The notes under the pieces were generated by a model that made no database searches, was not told the DNA's origin, and saw only the letters and a program-made list of their open reading frames with translations. A DNA stretch of 64,000 nucleotides, from NCBI GenBank assembly GCA_963555815.3, contig CAUVWX020000002.1, positions 480,001 to 544,000 of the forward strand. Direction: 5' to 3'. Positions within the stretch are counted from its first letter, which is position 1. Each line of letters opens with the position of its first letter. Position numbers and translations under genes: made by a program. The stretch comes from a bacterium. Its GTDB lineage: Bacteria; UBA8248; JACPRG01; G963555815. Shown in pieces: positions 47,936 through 57,125 of the stretch.

Positions 47936-49324
47936 ATGGAAACCCTATGGGTTGATTCCCACTGCCATCTCGAGGACGACCAGTTCAACGCCGACCGCCA
48001 GGAAGTTCTGGAACGGGCCCGGCGCGCTGGGGTGGGCTACGTGATCACCCTGGGGTCGGACATCCTGAGCAGCCGGAAAGCGGTTCGCCTCGCCCAGAAG
48101 AGCGAGGAGGTCTACGCCGGAGTGGGGGTCCACCCCCACATGGCCAAGACCGCAGGAAAGCGCACCTTCGCCACTCTCACCAAACTCGCTCATGATCCAA
48201 AGGTGGTGGCCATCGGAGAGGTGGGGCTCGACTACTACCGAGACCTCTCGCCCCGAAACGTCCAGCAGGCGGTCTTCCGAAGCCAGATCCGCCTCGCCCG
48301 AAGGGCAGGCCTCCCCCTGGTCCTGCACGAACGGGAGGCCCACGATGACCTGGTGACCATCCTGAGGGAGGAGCGGGCCTGGGAGGTCAGGGGGGTCATC
48401 CATTGCTTCTCGGGGGACTGGGAAAAGGCCCAGGACTATCTGGAGCTCGGTTTTCTCCTCTCGATTGCGGGGCCGGTGACCTTCTCAAAGACCGAGGCCC
48501 TTCAGGAGGCGGTCTCGAAAATCCCCCTGGAATACCTCCTGGTGGAGACGGACGCCCCCTTTCTGACCCCCGTCCCGTATCGGGGGCGCCAGAGGAACGA
48601 GCCCGCCCTTCTCCTCCATACGGCCGAGAAAGTGGCGGAACTAAAGAGGACACATCTCTCCGACCTTGCCCGGGTCACGAGCCAGAACGCCCACGCCCTC
48701 TTCGGGCTCCCATCGGTGAACCCGGCGCCTCAGCTCGTCTACCACATCGGGAATGCCATCCACGTTAACCTCACTTATACCTGCACAAACCACTGCTTTT
48801 ACTGCCCCCGGTTCAACTCCGACTTTTTCATGGGTTACAACTTGCACCTGGAGCACGACCCCTCCACGGAGGAGCTCTGGAAAGCGCTCGAGAGGGCAAA
48901 GGATTACAAGGAGGTGGTCTTCAGCGGATATGGAGAGCCCTGTCTTCGGCTGGATGTCCTCAAAGAGCTCGCCCGACGCGTCAAGGCTCGGGGATACCGG
49001 GTGCGCCTGGTCACGAACGGCCACGGCAATCTCATCCACGGCCGCAATATCCTGCCAGAGCTTCGGGGCCTTGTAGACACGGTGGACGTGAGCCTCCATG
49101 CCGAGTCGGCCGAAAAGTATCTCAAGATAGCAGATCCCCCCTTTGGTCCTCGGACGTACGACGAGGTCCACGCCTTCATCCGGGAAGCGAAACAATATAT
49201 CCCCTGTGTCAGGGTCGCTGTCCCCAAAAAACCCTTCTTCGTCAATCTCGAGGAGTGCAAGCGGGTGGTTCGAGAAGAGCTGGGGGCAGAGCTCCTCGTC
49301 CGCGACTATACCGTCGTGGCCTGA
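47936..49324 (+). CDS. TatD-family nuclease fused to a TatD-associated radical SAM domain
   Basis: DSHCH, GVHPH, IGEVGLDYY, HCFSG, VETDAP; then CTNHCFYC (CxxxCxxC), EVVFSGYGEP, TNGHGN. Confidence 0.93.
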   Translation: METLWVDSHCHLEDDQFNADRQEVLERARRAGVGYVITLGSDILSSRKAVRLAQKSEEVYAGVGVHPHMAKTAGKRTFATLTKLAHDPKVVAIGEVGLDYYRDLSPRNVQQAVFRSQIRLARRAGLPLVLHEREAHDDLVTILREERAWEVRGVIHCFSGDWEKAQDYLELGFLLSIAGPVTFSKTEALQEAVSKIPLEYLLVETDAPFLTPVPYRGRQRNEPALLLHTAEKVAELKRTHLSDLARVTSQNAHALFGLPSVNPAPQLVYHIGNAIHVNLTYTCTNHCFYCPRFNSDFFMGYNLHLEHDPSTEELWKALERAKDYKEVVFSGYGEPCLRLDVLKELARRVKARGYRVRLVTNGHGNLIHGRNILPELRGLVDTVDVSLHAESAEKYLKIADPPFGPRTYDEVHAFIREAKQYIPCVRVAVPKKPFFVNLEECKRVVREELGAELLVRDYTVVA

Positions 49325-49479
49325 GGCCGCGGGGACCCTTTGAGATTTAAATGACCCCCTCCGTTTTCCCCGAGATTCCTGCTCGAGGCCGTTTCTGATT
49401 CTATCGCAACGCTCTTGCGAGGAAAGCGAAAGGCTGTGAGGTTCCTTCGCGCCACAGCCGATGGATCGACGCCCTCAAC

Positions 49480-49614
49480 GAGAGGGGCGGGAGACCAAGT
49501 CGTGACCACCCTCCAGCGAAACCGTTTTTGAGCATGAACCGCTGGGGCCGAAAGCACTGCCCCCGCGGCCGCCGCCCCAAGTCCCACCTTTTTGATAAAG
49601 GAACCCCTCTTCAT
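49480..49614 (-). pseudogene. N-terminal remnant of a TRAP transporter substrate-binding protein (DctP/TakP-like)
   Basis: GGAGG RBS, then MKRGSFIKKVGLGAAAAGAVLSAPAVHAQKRFRWRVVTTW; similarity is lost immediately after. Confidence 0.65.
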
Positions 49615-49661
49615 CTCCCACCTCCGGGACGGATCAGATTTGCTCTCCCTGTCTCTTCCTC

Positions 49662-50486
49662 TCACCCGTTCCCTGAACCTCTAGGGCCACTCTTTGTCTC
49701 TCCCTCTGTTTCTCGGATCTGGATCCGCTCAATGGCCTCTGCCTTTCCCGTCTTCGGGTCCACGGTGACCAGGACGCCGTTCAGCTGTGCCGGGCCTGTC
49801 GCCGTCTCAAATTTTTTGGGGAGTCCCGTCAGAAATCTTTTGATGGCGTTTTGGCGCTTCACACCGATGACAGAGTGGAAGGGGCCCGTCATCCCCGCGT
49901 CGCTGAGAAAGGCCGTCCCCCCTGGGAGGATCCACTCGTCGGCCGTTTGGACATGGGTGTGGGTCCCGACGATGGCAGAGACCTTGCCGTCGAGGTGCCA
50001 GCCCAGGGCAACCTTCTCCGAGGTAGCCTCGGCATGGAAGTCCACCAGGATGACGGGCGTCTCGGCGCGAAGGCGCGCTGCAGCCTCGGCACCCACCCGA
50101 AAGGGGCAATCCAGGGCGGGCATGAAGACGCGCCCGCAGAGATTCAGCACCCCGACGGGCGTTCCGTTTGAGGTTTGAAAGACTCGAAACCCCCGTCCCG
50201 GGACATCGGGGGGGTAGTTGGCGGGCCGAAGCAAGCGGGGATCCGAGGCGATGAGAGGAAGGGCCTCTCGCTGGTCCCAGACGTGATTCCCCGAGGTGAA
50301 GGCATCAAGACCGAGATCGAACAGTTCGTCGGCCACGGCTGGGGTGATGCCAAATCCCCCGGCGGCGTTCTCCACGTTGGCCACGGAGAAGTCCACCCCC
50401 CGCTCCTGCAAGAGGGCCGGCAGGTGGGCCGCCATCATCCGGCGGCCTGGCTTTCCCACGATGTCGCCAATAAAGAGGATCTTCAA
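49662..50486 (-). CDS. ymdB: YmdB-family metallophosphoesterase
   Basis: FIGDIVG, NVENAAGG, TSGNH, RPANYP, DFHAEATSEK, GTHTHVQTAD, DAGMTGP. Confidence 0.96.
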   Translation of the reverse strand: MKILFIGDIVGKPGRRMMAAHLPALLQERGVDFSVANVENAAGGFGITPAVADELFDLGLDAFTSGNHVWDQREALPLIASDPRLLRPANYPPDVPGRGFRVFQTSNGTPVGVLNLCGRVFMPALDCPFRVGAEAAARLRAETPVILVDFHAEATSEKVALGWHLDGKVSAIVGTHTHVQTADEWILPGGTAFLSDAGMTGPFHSVIGVKRQNAIKRFLTGLPKKFETATGPAQLNGVLVTVDPKTGKAEAIERIQIRETEGETKSGPRGSGNG

Positions 50487-50505
50487 GGGGTTGCCCCAAG
50501 GGACC

Positions 50506-52083
50506 TTAGTGGGCGTGGTCGATAGTCCGGGTCTCGCGGATGACCGTCACCTTGATCTCACCTGGGTAGGTGAGCTCTTCCTCAATCTTCCGGGCAATAT
50601 CCTTGGTCAGGAAGATGGCCTCCGCCTCGCTGACGGCACCGGGTTCCACAATGACCCGGATCTCCCGGCCAGCCTGGATGGCGTAAGTCTTCTCCACACC
50701 CGGGAAGGAGTCCCCGATCTCTTCCAACTTCTCCAGCCGTTTGATGTAGGACTCCAGGATCTCCCGCCGGGCGCCCGGCCGGGCCGCTGAAAGTGCGTCG
50801 GCGGCGCAGACAAGGACCACCTCGAGGCTTTTAGGCTCTTCCTCCTCGTGGTGAGCCGCGATGGCGTTCAGGACGAGGGGGCCTTCGTTATAGCGCCGGC
50901 AGAGATCCTGACCGACCTGGATGTGGGAGCCCTCCGCCTCGTGGTCGGCGGCCTTACCGATATCGTGGAGGAGCCCCGCTCGTTTGGCCAGCTTGATGTC
51001 AGCCCCCAACTCAGCCGCCATGAGGCCGCTCAGGTGGGCCACCTCCTTGCTATGAAGGAGGACATTCTGGGAGTAGCTGGTCCGGTAGTGGAGGCGACCG
51101 AGCAGACGCAGGATCTCGGGATGGATCCCCTCCAGTCCCACGTCGAAGACGGCCTGCTCTCCTGTCTCCAGGACGTGCTTGTCCATCTCCTTCTTGACCT
51201 TCTCCACGACTTCTTCAATCCGCCCCGGGTGGATGCGGCCATCGGTGACGAGCCTCACCAGGGCCTGGCGGGCCACCTCCCGTTTGACCGGGTCGAAGCC
51301 TGAGAGGAAGACCGCCTGGGGGGTATCATCAATGATGAGGTCCACCCCCGTTGCCATCTCCAGGGCCCGGATGTTTCGACCCTCTCGACCGATGATGCGG
51401 CCCTTCATCTCGTCGTTGGGAAGCTCTACTACGGAGACCGTGGTCTCAGCCACATGATCGGCGGCGTAACGCTGGATGGCGGTGCCGATGATGCGCTTGG
51501 CCTCCTGCTCGCCTTTCTCCCGGGCCTCCTCCTCGATCCGACGCACCAAGCCTCCGGCCTCCCGCCGGGCATCCTCGGTCATCTGGGTCACCAGGATCTT
51601 TCTGGCCTCGGCTGAGGTCATCCCCGAGATCCTCTCGAGTCGGCGGATCCACTCCTTCACCATCTCCTCGGACTCTTTGAGTTTCTCCTTCGCCGCGTGC
51701 TCTATGTCCAGGGACCGGCGCCCCTGCTCCTCAATTTCCCGGACCTTCTGATCGGCCCCCTCCGACTTTTTGTCCAGATGCTCTTCCCGCTGGAGAAGCC
51801 GCCGCTCCAGGTTATGGAGCTCCTGCTTTCTCTCCAGGTTCTCCCGTTCCAGCTCTCCCCGGGCCCGCAGGGCCTCCTCCTTAGACTCCAGCCGCATCGC
51901 CTTCTTCAGGCTTTCGGCCTCCCGCTGGGCCTCTTCCAGGAGCTTTTGGGCCTGGTCCTTTGCTGCCCGAACAATGGGCCGATCAGACGTCCTGCGAAGG
52001 AAAAACCCGATGAGGGCCCCCACGACAAGGGCCGCCAGGGCCAAAATCCACCCGATCAGGCTCCCAAAAAATGCTGTCAGCAC
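50506..52083 (-). CDS. rny: Ribonuclease Y
   Basis: N-terminal TM, coiled coil, KH domain ([14 protein letters not shown]), HD domain (LLHDIGK), [12 protein letters not shown]. Confidence 0.98.
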   Translation of the reverse strand: MLTAFFGSLIGWILALAALVVGALIGFFLRRTSDRPIVRAAKDQAQKLLEEAQREAESLKKAMRLESKEEALRARGELERENLERKQELHNLERRLLQREEHLDKKSEGADQKVREIEEQGRRSLDIEHAAKEKLKESEEMVKEWIRRLERISGMTSAEARKILVTQMTEDARREAGGLVRRIEEEAREKGEQEAKRIIGTAIQRYAADHVAETTVSVVELPNDEMKGRIIGREGRNIRALEMATGVDLIIDDTPQAVFLSGFDPVKREVARQALVRLVTDGRIHPGRIEEVVEKVKKEMDKHVLETGEQAVFDVGLEGIHPEILRLLGRLHYRTSYSQNVLLHSKEVAHLSGLMAAELGADIKLAKRAGLLHDIGKAADHEAEGSHIQVGQDLCRRYNEGPLVLNAIAAHHEEEEPKSLEVVLVCAADALSAARPGARREILESYIKRLEKLEEIGDSFPGVEKTYAIQAGREIRVIVEPGAVSEAEAIFLTKDIARKIEEELTYPGEIKVTVIRETRTIDHAH

Positions 52084-52100
52084 AGTCCCTTACCTCTCCG

Positions 52101-52847
52101 TCATGGCTTGATTGCCAAGCTCAGGCTCGCCGCCCTTCGGGATAAACCACGCCAGACGCCCTTCTCCGTGACAACGCGATGCATCCGGATGTCCCTCGGA
52201 TCACTGGGGATGCGGTCGGCCATCTGGCAGGAAAAGGCCAGGCCAATCCTCCAGGCATCGGGACGCGCTCCGGCCAGAAGGCGATCATAGTAGCCTTGCC
52301 CAAACCCAAGCCGTCTCCCCCCTCGGTCAAAGGCGATCCCGGGGATCACAAAACAATCGATGACTTGCGGCATCACTGGGCGAATGGCCGAGGCCCTGGG
52401 CTCCCAGATCCCGAGTCGGCCTTTCCGGAGTTCGGCCTCCAGGTCTTTCACCTCAGAAAGGAGGAGGGCTCCTCCCGGCTCCGGCGAAACCACGGGGACC
52501 GCGACCCGCCAGCCTCGGCACAGGGCCTCCTCGATGATGGGACGCGTTCGAATCTCCCCGGCGAAAGCGACATAGGAGGAAAGCCAACCCTTTTCCCGAG
52601 CGGCCTGAAGCCTCCAAAACCTTCGAATAATGCGAGCGCTGTGACGCTCGACGAGCGCGAGCGGAAGGCCCTCACGCCTCGCCAGAAAGCTCCGGCGAAG
52701 CTGTGCCTTCTCCGAAGAAAGCTCCCTCCGCGCGCGAGGTGCCAACGCTGACTCCAGATCAGCTCTCGGTTGGAAAAGGTTGGGAGAGATGAGTCTAACC
52801 CCCAGGCCTAAGGGGGTGAGGCGCAAGAGGAGGACTCTCTGCGCCAC
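52101..52847 (-). CDS. fau: 5-formyltetrahydrofolate cyclo-ligase
   Basis: KAQLRR, GIWEP, IPGIAFDRGGRRLGFGQGYYDRLL, DI.M..VVTE; true start may be downstream of 52847. Confidence 0.92.
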   Translation of the reverse strand: MAQRVLLLRLTPLGLGVRLISPNLFQPRADLESALAPRARRELSSEKAQLRRSFLARREGLPLALVERHSARIIRRFWRLQAAREKGWLSSYVAFAGEIRTRPIIEEALCRGWRVAVPVVSPEPGGALLLSEVKDLEAELRKGRLGIWEPRASAIRPVMPQVIDCFVIPGIAFDRGGRRLGFGQGYYDRLLAGARPDAWRIGLAFSCQMADRIPSDPRDIRMHRVVTEKGVWRGLSRRAASLSLAIKP

Positions 52848-53085
52848 GGTGGGTCCGGCCGCCTCTCTTGCTCTGGGCCGAGGCTAACTCTTACGCGAAA
52901 TCCCATACTCTTAAGAGGCATGCCGAAAGAACACCCGCTGCCATCCTTAGAGACGGGCCCTGAGGCCATCGTCTCGGACAGTTCAAGCTCTCCCCGATAC
53001 TGCCTTCCCATCTCCGAGAGGCTGCTCCGACCCGCTGATGGCGACCCATCCTGTTGTCACGGTCGGAGCAGACCCGCCTATTTCA

Positions 53086-53255
53086 GTCCCCTGCCGCAAT
53101 GCCGTGTGGACGAGATTTCGAACCTGGTCACCAAGTGGGCACCGGTAGGCCGCTTTAGGCTCTCTCCATAGGAGGTGCTCACCACGGCCGATCCCAGCTC
53201 CCAGGTTTCATCTGTTGGTTCAAAATTTCATTCCATCACGAACATGACAGGGGAA
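53086..53255 (-). ncRNA. ssrS: 6S RNA
   Basis: Canonical position between zapA and fau; terminal stem UCCCCUGUC/GGCAGGGGA, inner UUGAACC/GGUUCGA, GGGAGC..CCCAC elements and a central bubble; ~170 nt, ends approximate. Confidence 0.9.
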
Positions 53256-53277
53256 CACTTACCGGACCTCCTTTGAC

Positions 53278-53553
53278 CTAATCTCCAACCATGCGAAGGA
53301 GCGTGTCGGCGCGCTCTGCGACCTGCCGTTCCTGCTCCTTCTGGGCCTTTTGAGCTTCAAAGAGATCGTTGGCGATATTGAGGGCCGCCAAGACCGCCAC
53401 TTTCAGCGAGTCGGTCGTGTCCTTTTCGGAAATGACCCTCATCTGGTCTTCGACATAGCGGGCGAGGTCCTGGGCATATTCGGGCTCGGCATCCGCCCGA
53501 ACCTGATAAGCCCGACCCATAATCTCGACGTTGAGGACCTGCTTCTCGTTCAC
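53278..53553 (-). CDS. zapA: Cell division protein ZapA
   Basis: VEIMGRAY, LARYVE..M, KVAVLAALNIA. Confidence 0.93.
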   Translation of the reverse strand: MNEKQVLNVEIMGRAYQVRADAEPEYAQDLARYVEDQMRVISEKDTTDSLKVAVLAALNIANDLFEAQKAQKEQERQVAERADTLLRMVGD

Positions 53554-53556
53554 GCT

Positions 53557-53778
53557 CTACCCCTGCATTCTGAAACCCCGAAGGGTCCCCAGAAGGGATT
53601 CCACCTTCTTGCGAATGGCCTTCCTCTCTTGAAGGAGTTTGAGATGCTCGGGGGACTCCTTCTCGGATCCCTTTTGGGAGTCCTTCCCGAACTCCTTCGC
53701 CCGAGCTCGGAGGCTGTCGCGCTCCTCAACCAAGGCCTTTAGCTTGGGCTCTAACAAGTCAAGCTTCTTGAGCCCCAT
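53557..53778 (-). CDS. ZapB-like coiled-coil protein
   Basis: LDLLEPKLKALVEE..ERKAIRKKVESLL; immediately upstream of zapA. Confidence 0.65.
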   Translation of the reverse strand: MGLKKLDLLEPKLKALVEERDSLRARAKEFGKDSQKGSEKESPEHLKLLQERKAIRKKVESLLGTLRGFRMQG

Positions 53779-54087
53779 CCCCTCCCTGGGCGCCGCGATC
53801 ATCCTCTTTGCCTCAACAAGGTTTTAGTTGGCCCTATATTACAAGAATGGGGAAGGCCCACAAGGTTTTTTTCGCGGGAGGGCTTAAAAAGACCCCGCGC
53901 TCTGGGGTGGACCGCCAAAACCTGCTCGACCTGCCATATAATTAAAAATTCTTTGCGTCTTCTTCGTCCTCAAGAAGCGAGTGTCGATGCCCACATCAAG
54001 AGTTTTAGCAGTAAGAAGGTTCTTCGCGCCCGGCGAATCAGCAGGGACAGCGGCTAGACCTCCTCATCCTTCTTATGAGGAGCCCTG

Positions 54088-55362
54088 ATGTCCGTTTTCC
54101 CCCCACAGGTCTGGGTCCTGACGGGGATCACCTTCTGCGTCATGCTGGGGGTGGGGCTGGTCAGCCCTATCCTCCCCCTCTACGCCCAGGGCTTCGGGGT
54201 CTCCTACGTGGCCATTGGCACCTTCATCTCAGTCTTTCCCTTGGTCCGCTTCTTTGCCAACGTGCCGGCTGGGGTCTTGGCGGACCGCTGGGGCGAGCGG
54301 CGAGTGGCGACGCTCGGGCCGGCCATCATCGCCTTAGGCTCCTTGGTGAACGCCACGGCGTCGTCCTATGGGATGCTGATCTCGGGCCGGGTGCTGGAGG
54401 GGCTTGGGTCCGCTCTCTACGTGACGACGGCCATGAAATATGTCATCCGCGTCACCCCGCCTCAGCGCATGGGAAAGGCCATGAGCCTTTATCAGTCATC
54501 CTTTCTCCTTGGGGTTTCCTTCGGGCCGAGCCTGGGGGGTTGGGCGGCCTCGATCGGGGGTCTTCGAATGCCCTTCTTCCTATACGGGTTTCTCGCCCTG
54601 GTGGGCTCCCTCGGGGCCTGGGTCTTTGTCCGGGACCCCGTTGAAGGGGTCCAACCCCTGGACGCGGCCCAGCAGCCCGCGGGGGATCGACCGCAAACCT
54701 CCAGGCAATCCAAGGGGTGGCGGGAGACCATCGTCGAGTTGAGGGCGCTTCGGCCCCTCTTTCGGGACTACGCCTTCGTCATGGCCCTCCTTTTCTCCGC
54801 CGCTATCTTTAGCATCCGCTCAGGGGTCAGGCAGACGGTCCTCCCCCTCTACGCCGAAAAGGTGGCCGGTCTCGGAACCCTTGAAATTGGTCTTCTCATC
54901 ACGGGGGCCACCGTCGCGAGCCTCCTCCTTCTATGGCCCGCCGGAAGGGCGGTCGACCGCACCCGGAAAGGGGTGGCAGTCTTGGGGAACCTCCTGCTCG
55001 CCCTCGCCGTTTTTGCCTTTGCCGGGGCCAACCGCTTCGAAACTCTCCTCGCCGCCGCTTTTGGTTTTGGAGCGATCACGGCCTTTGTGGGCGTCGTCCC
55101 CGCGGTGGTGGCGTCGGACGTGATCCCGCCAAAGATGAGAGGGTCCGCCATTGGCGTCTACCGGATGGCGGGTGACCTCGGCTTCATCCTGGGGCCTCTC
55201 CTGGGGGGGCTCGGCATGTCGCGCTTTGGTTTTGGGCCAACTTTCAGCTTGTTCGCCGTCGTCGCCCTCATCGCAGGACTCTTGGCCCTGAAAATGCGGG
55301 AGACCTTGGCCTCAGGCAAGCCCAAAGAGTCGGCTGTCACGGGCCTGGAGAGAATGGAGTGA
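54088..55362 (+). CDS. MFS transporter (DHA1-like)
   Basis: About 12 TM; motif A GVLADRWGER, GRVLEGLG, GPSLGG. Confidence 0.93.
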   Translation: MSVFPPQVWVLTGITFCVMLGVGLVSPILPLYAQGFGVSYVAIGTFISVFPLVRFFANVPAGVLADRWGERRVATLGPAIIALGSLVNATASSYGMLISGRVLEGLGSALYVTTAMKYVIRVTPPQRMGKAMSLYQSSFLLGVSFGPSLGGWAASIGGLRMPFFLYGFLALVGSLGAWVFVRDPVEGVQPLDAAQQPAGDRPQTSRQSKGWRETIVELRALRPLFRDYAFVMALLFSAAIFSIRSGVRQTVLPLYAEKVAGLGTLEIGLLITGATVASLLLLWPAGRAVDRTRKGVAVLGNLLLALAVFAFAGANRFETLLAAAFGFGAITAFVGVVPAVVASDVIPPKMRGSAIGVYRMAGDLGFILGPLLGGLGMSRFGFGPTFSLFAVVALIAGLLALKMRETLASGKPKESAVTGLERME

Positions 55363-55385
55363 GACCCTCTCGAATGACGCCGAGT

Positions 55386-57083
55386 TTAGTTGCCCTGAGC
55401 GTCCGGGTCAGAGCCGAGGGTTGGATCGGAGGGGATGTTCTCAAGGAGGATCATCTGAAACTTGCCGTAAGACAAAGAGGGCTGGACCACCCGAAGTCTC
55501 TTTTTTAACTCCTCCCAAAACTCCGGAAACGCATTCGCTTTCATCAACACATAGCCATCCTGTGGGTACTCGTCCAGGAAAGAGGCGACCTCACTAAAAC
55601 GTTGGGCGTAGAAGACCTTCCCCTTCCTCTCTTCCCCGCCGTAAAGGTCAATGGAGGCCTTGGTGAAGTGGAAGGCCAGGAGGGGCCGGTCGCCGACCAC
55701 CTGCGCCAAGGCCACCGCGGAGGGGGCTGGTGAGCGACGAGCCTCGATGATGGGTGTGGCCTTCCACTGCCCCGCCACCTGCAAGAGAAGAAGTCCCGCC
55801 AGAGAAATCCCGATCCCCCAGCCGTATTCCCCCCTCCTCACCGCCCAAAGGGCGAGGAGACCCGTCACAAGGCCAATGGCCCCAAGGATGAGAGCCGCCT
55901 GAAATAGCTCCCGGTCCATATACCAGGCGACGGGTGCAAGTCCCACCGAACCCACAACCAGTGCGACCATCATCCCCTGAAAGATGAGCCGCGCCATCCA
56001 CCGCCACCCTATCCCCTGCCCCACCAGGAGTTCGGTTCCCAGGAATGCCCCTGTCAGGAGGGCGGCCGCCGGATACAGGGGGAGGATATAGTGGTCGCGC
56101 TTTGAGGTTGAAAGGCTGAAGAAGATGAAGATGGCGGCCCACCAGAGGAGAAGAAACCCGCTGCCACTTTCCCGCCGCCTCTTCCAGGCATAGACCAGAG
56201 CGGGAAGGCCCAGGAGGCTCCAGGGCAGAAGGTTCGTCGAAAAATGCTCAACGTAGTAGTAGATAGGCTGCGGGTGGTTGAAGGCATTCACGTAACGCGT
56301 CAGGTTTTCGCGAATGAGCAACCCCTCCACATACTCCCGCCCCACAGCTTGGGCATAAAGGACGTACCAAGGGGTGGCGACTGCGGCAAAGAAGGCCACG
56401 CCCAGGAGGTGTCCCCAGACGGGAAACGCCCCCCATTTCCGCTTTGCCCCCAGGAAGGCAAGGCCTCCAAAGACAGCGAGGACTATCCCGACGGGCCCCT
56501 TTGTCAGCGTGGCCAGGGCCGCGGCCCCATAAGCCCCCAGAAGATAGCCAAGACGAGCTTTTGATTCCGCCCGAAGGCTGCCCGCCACAAACAAATAGAC
56601 CGACAGGGTGATGAAGAAAGTGAGAAGCATGTCCGAGCGAGCCATTCGGGCGTGCTGAAAGAAGATAAAGGTGGTGCTGAGGACAAGTGCCGAGAGGAAG
56701 CCCGTCTTTCGGCCAAACAGGATGCTCCCGAGGGCATAAACAAGAAAGAGGGTGGCAAGCGCCGCCGCCGCCGAAGGGATGCGGGCCGTCCACTCGGAGA
56801 CTTCACCTGAAGCCACCGAGAGGAGCCCAATCGTCCAATGAAAGAGCGGGGGCTTTGTCCCCAAAGGCCGGCCGGACCATCGAGGGACAAGCCAGTCGCC
56901 GGTCTCCACCATCTGTCTCGCCTGAAGGGCAAATCGCGTCTCCTCGTTATCCACCAGGCTGGTGCCCGACAGGTTCAGGAAGAAGAGGACGCCACCGATA
57001 AGGAGGAGGGCAAAGACGTGGAAGGTCCGGGACCCCCTGAGCCCCGTCTCCTGAGCGGAAGATTGATGTTCCCTCTCTTTCAC
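55386..57083 (-). CDS. ArnT/PMT-family (GT83-like) membrane glycosyltransferase
   Basis: DNEETRF..ARQMVETGDW, KPPLFHW, ARIPSA, LTKGP, PWY, PIYYY, KRDHYILPLYP. Confidence 0.9.
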   Translation of the reverse strand: MKEREHQSSAQETGLRGSRTFHVFALLLIGGVLFFLNLSGTSLVDNEETRFALQARQMVETGDWLVPRWSGRPLGTKPPLFHWTIGLLSVASGEVSEWTARIPSAAAALATLFLVYALGSILFGRKTGFLSALVLSTTFIFFQHARMARSDMLLTFFITLSVYLFVAGSLRAESKARLGYLLGAYGAAALATLTKGPVGIVLAVFGGLAFLGAKRKWGAFPVWGHLLGVAFFAAVATPWYVLYAQAVGREYVEGLLIRENLTRYVNAFNHPQPIYYYVEHFSTNLLPWSLLGLPALVYAWKRRRESGSGFLLLWWAAIFIFFSLSTSKRDHYILPLYPAAALLTGAFLGTELLVGQGIGWRWMARLIFQGMMVALVVGSVGLAPVAWYMDRELFQAALILGAIGLVTGLLALWAVRRGEYGWGIGISLAGLLLLQVAGQWKATPIIEARRSPAPSAVALAQVVGDRPLLAFHFTKASIDLYGGEERKGKVFYAQRFSEVASFLDEYPQDGYVLMKANAFPEFWEELKKRLRVVQPSLSYGKFQMILLENIPSDPTLGSDPDAQGN

Positions 57084-57125
57084 AATCTTTCCTTTAGAAG
57101 GTGCGCTGGGTGAGATCCAGTTCCT

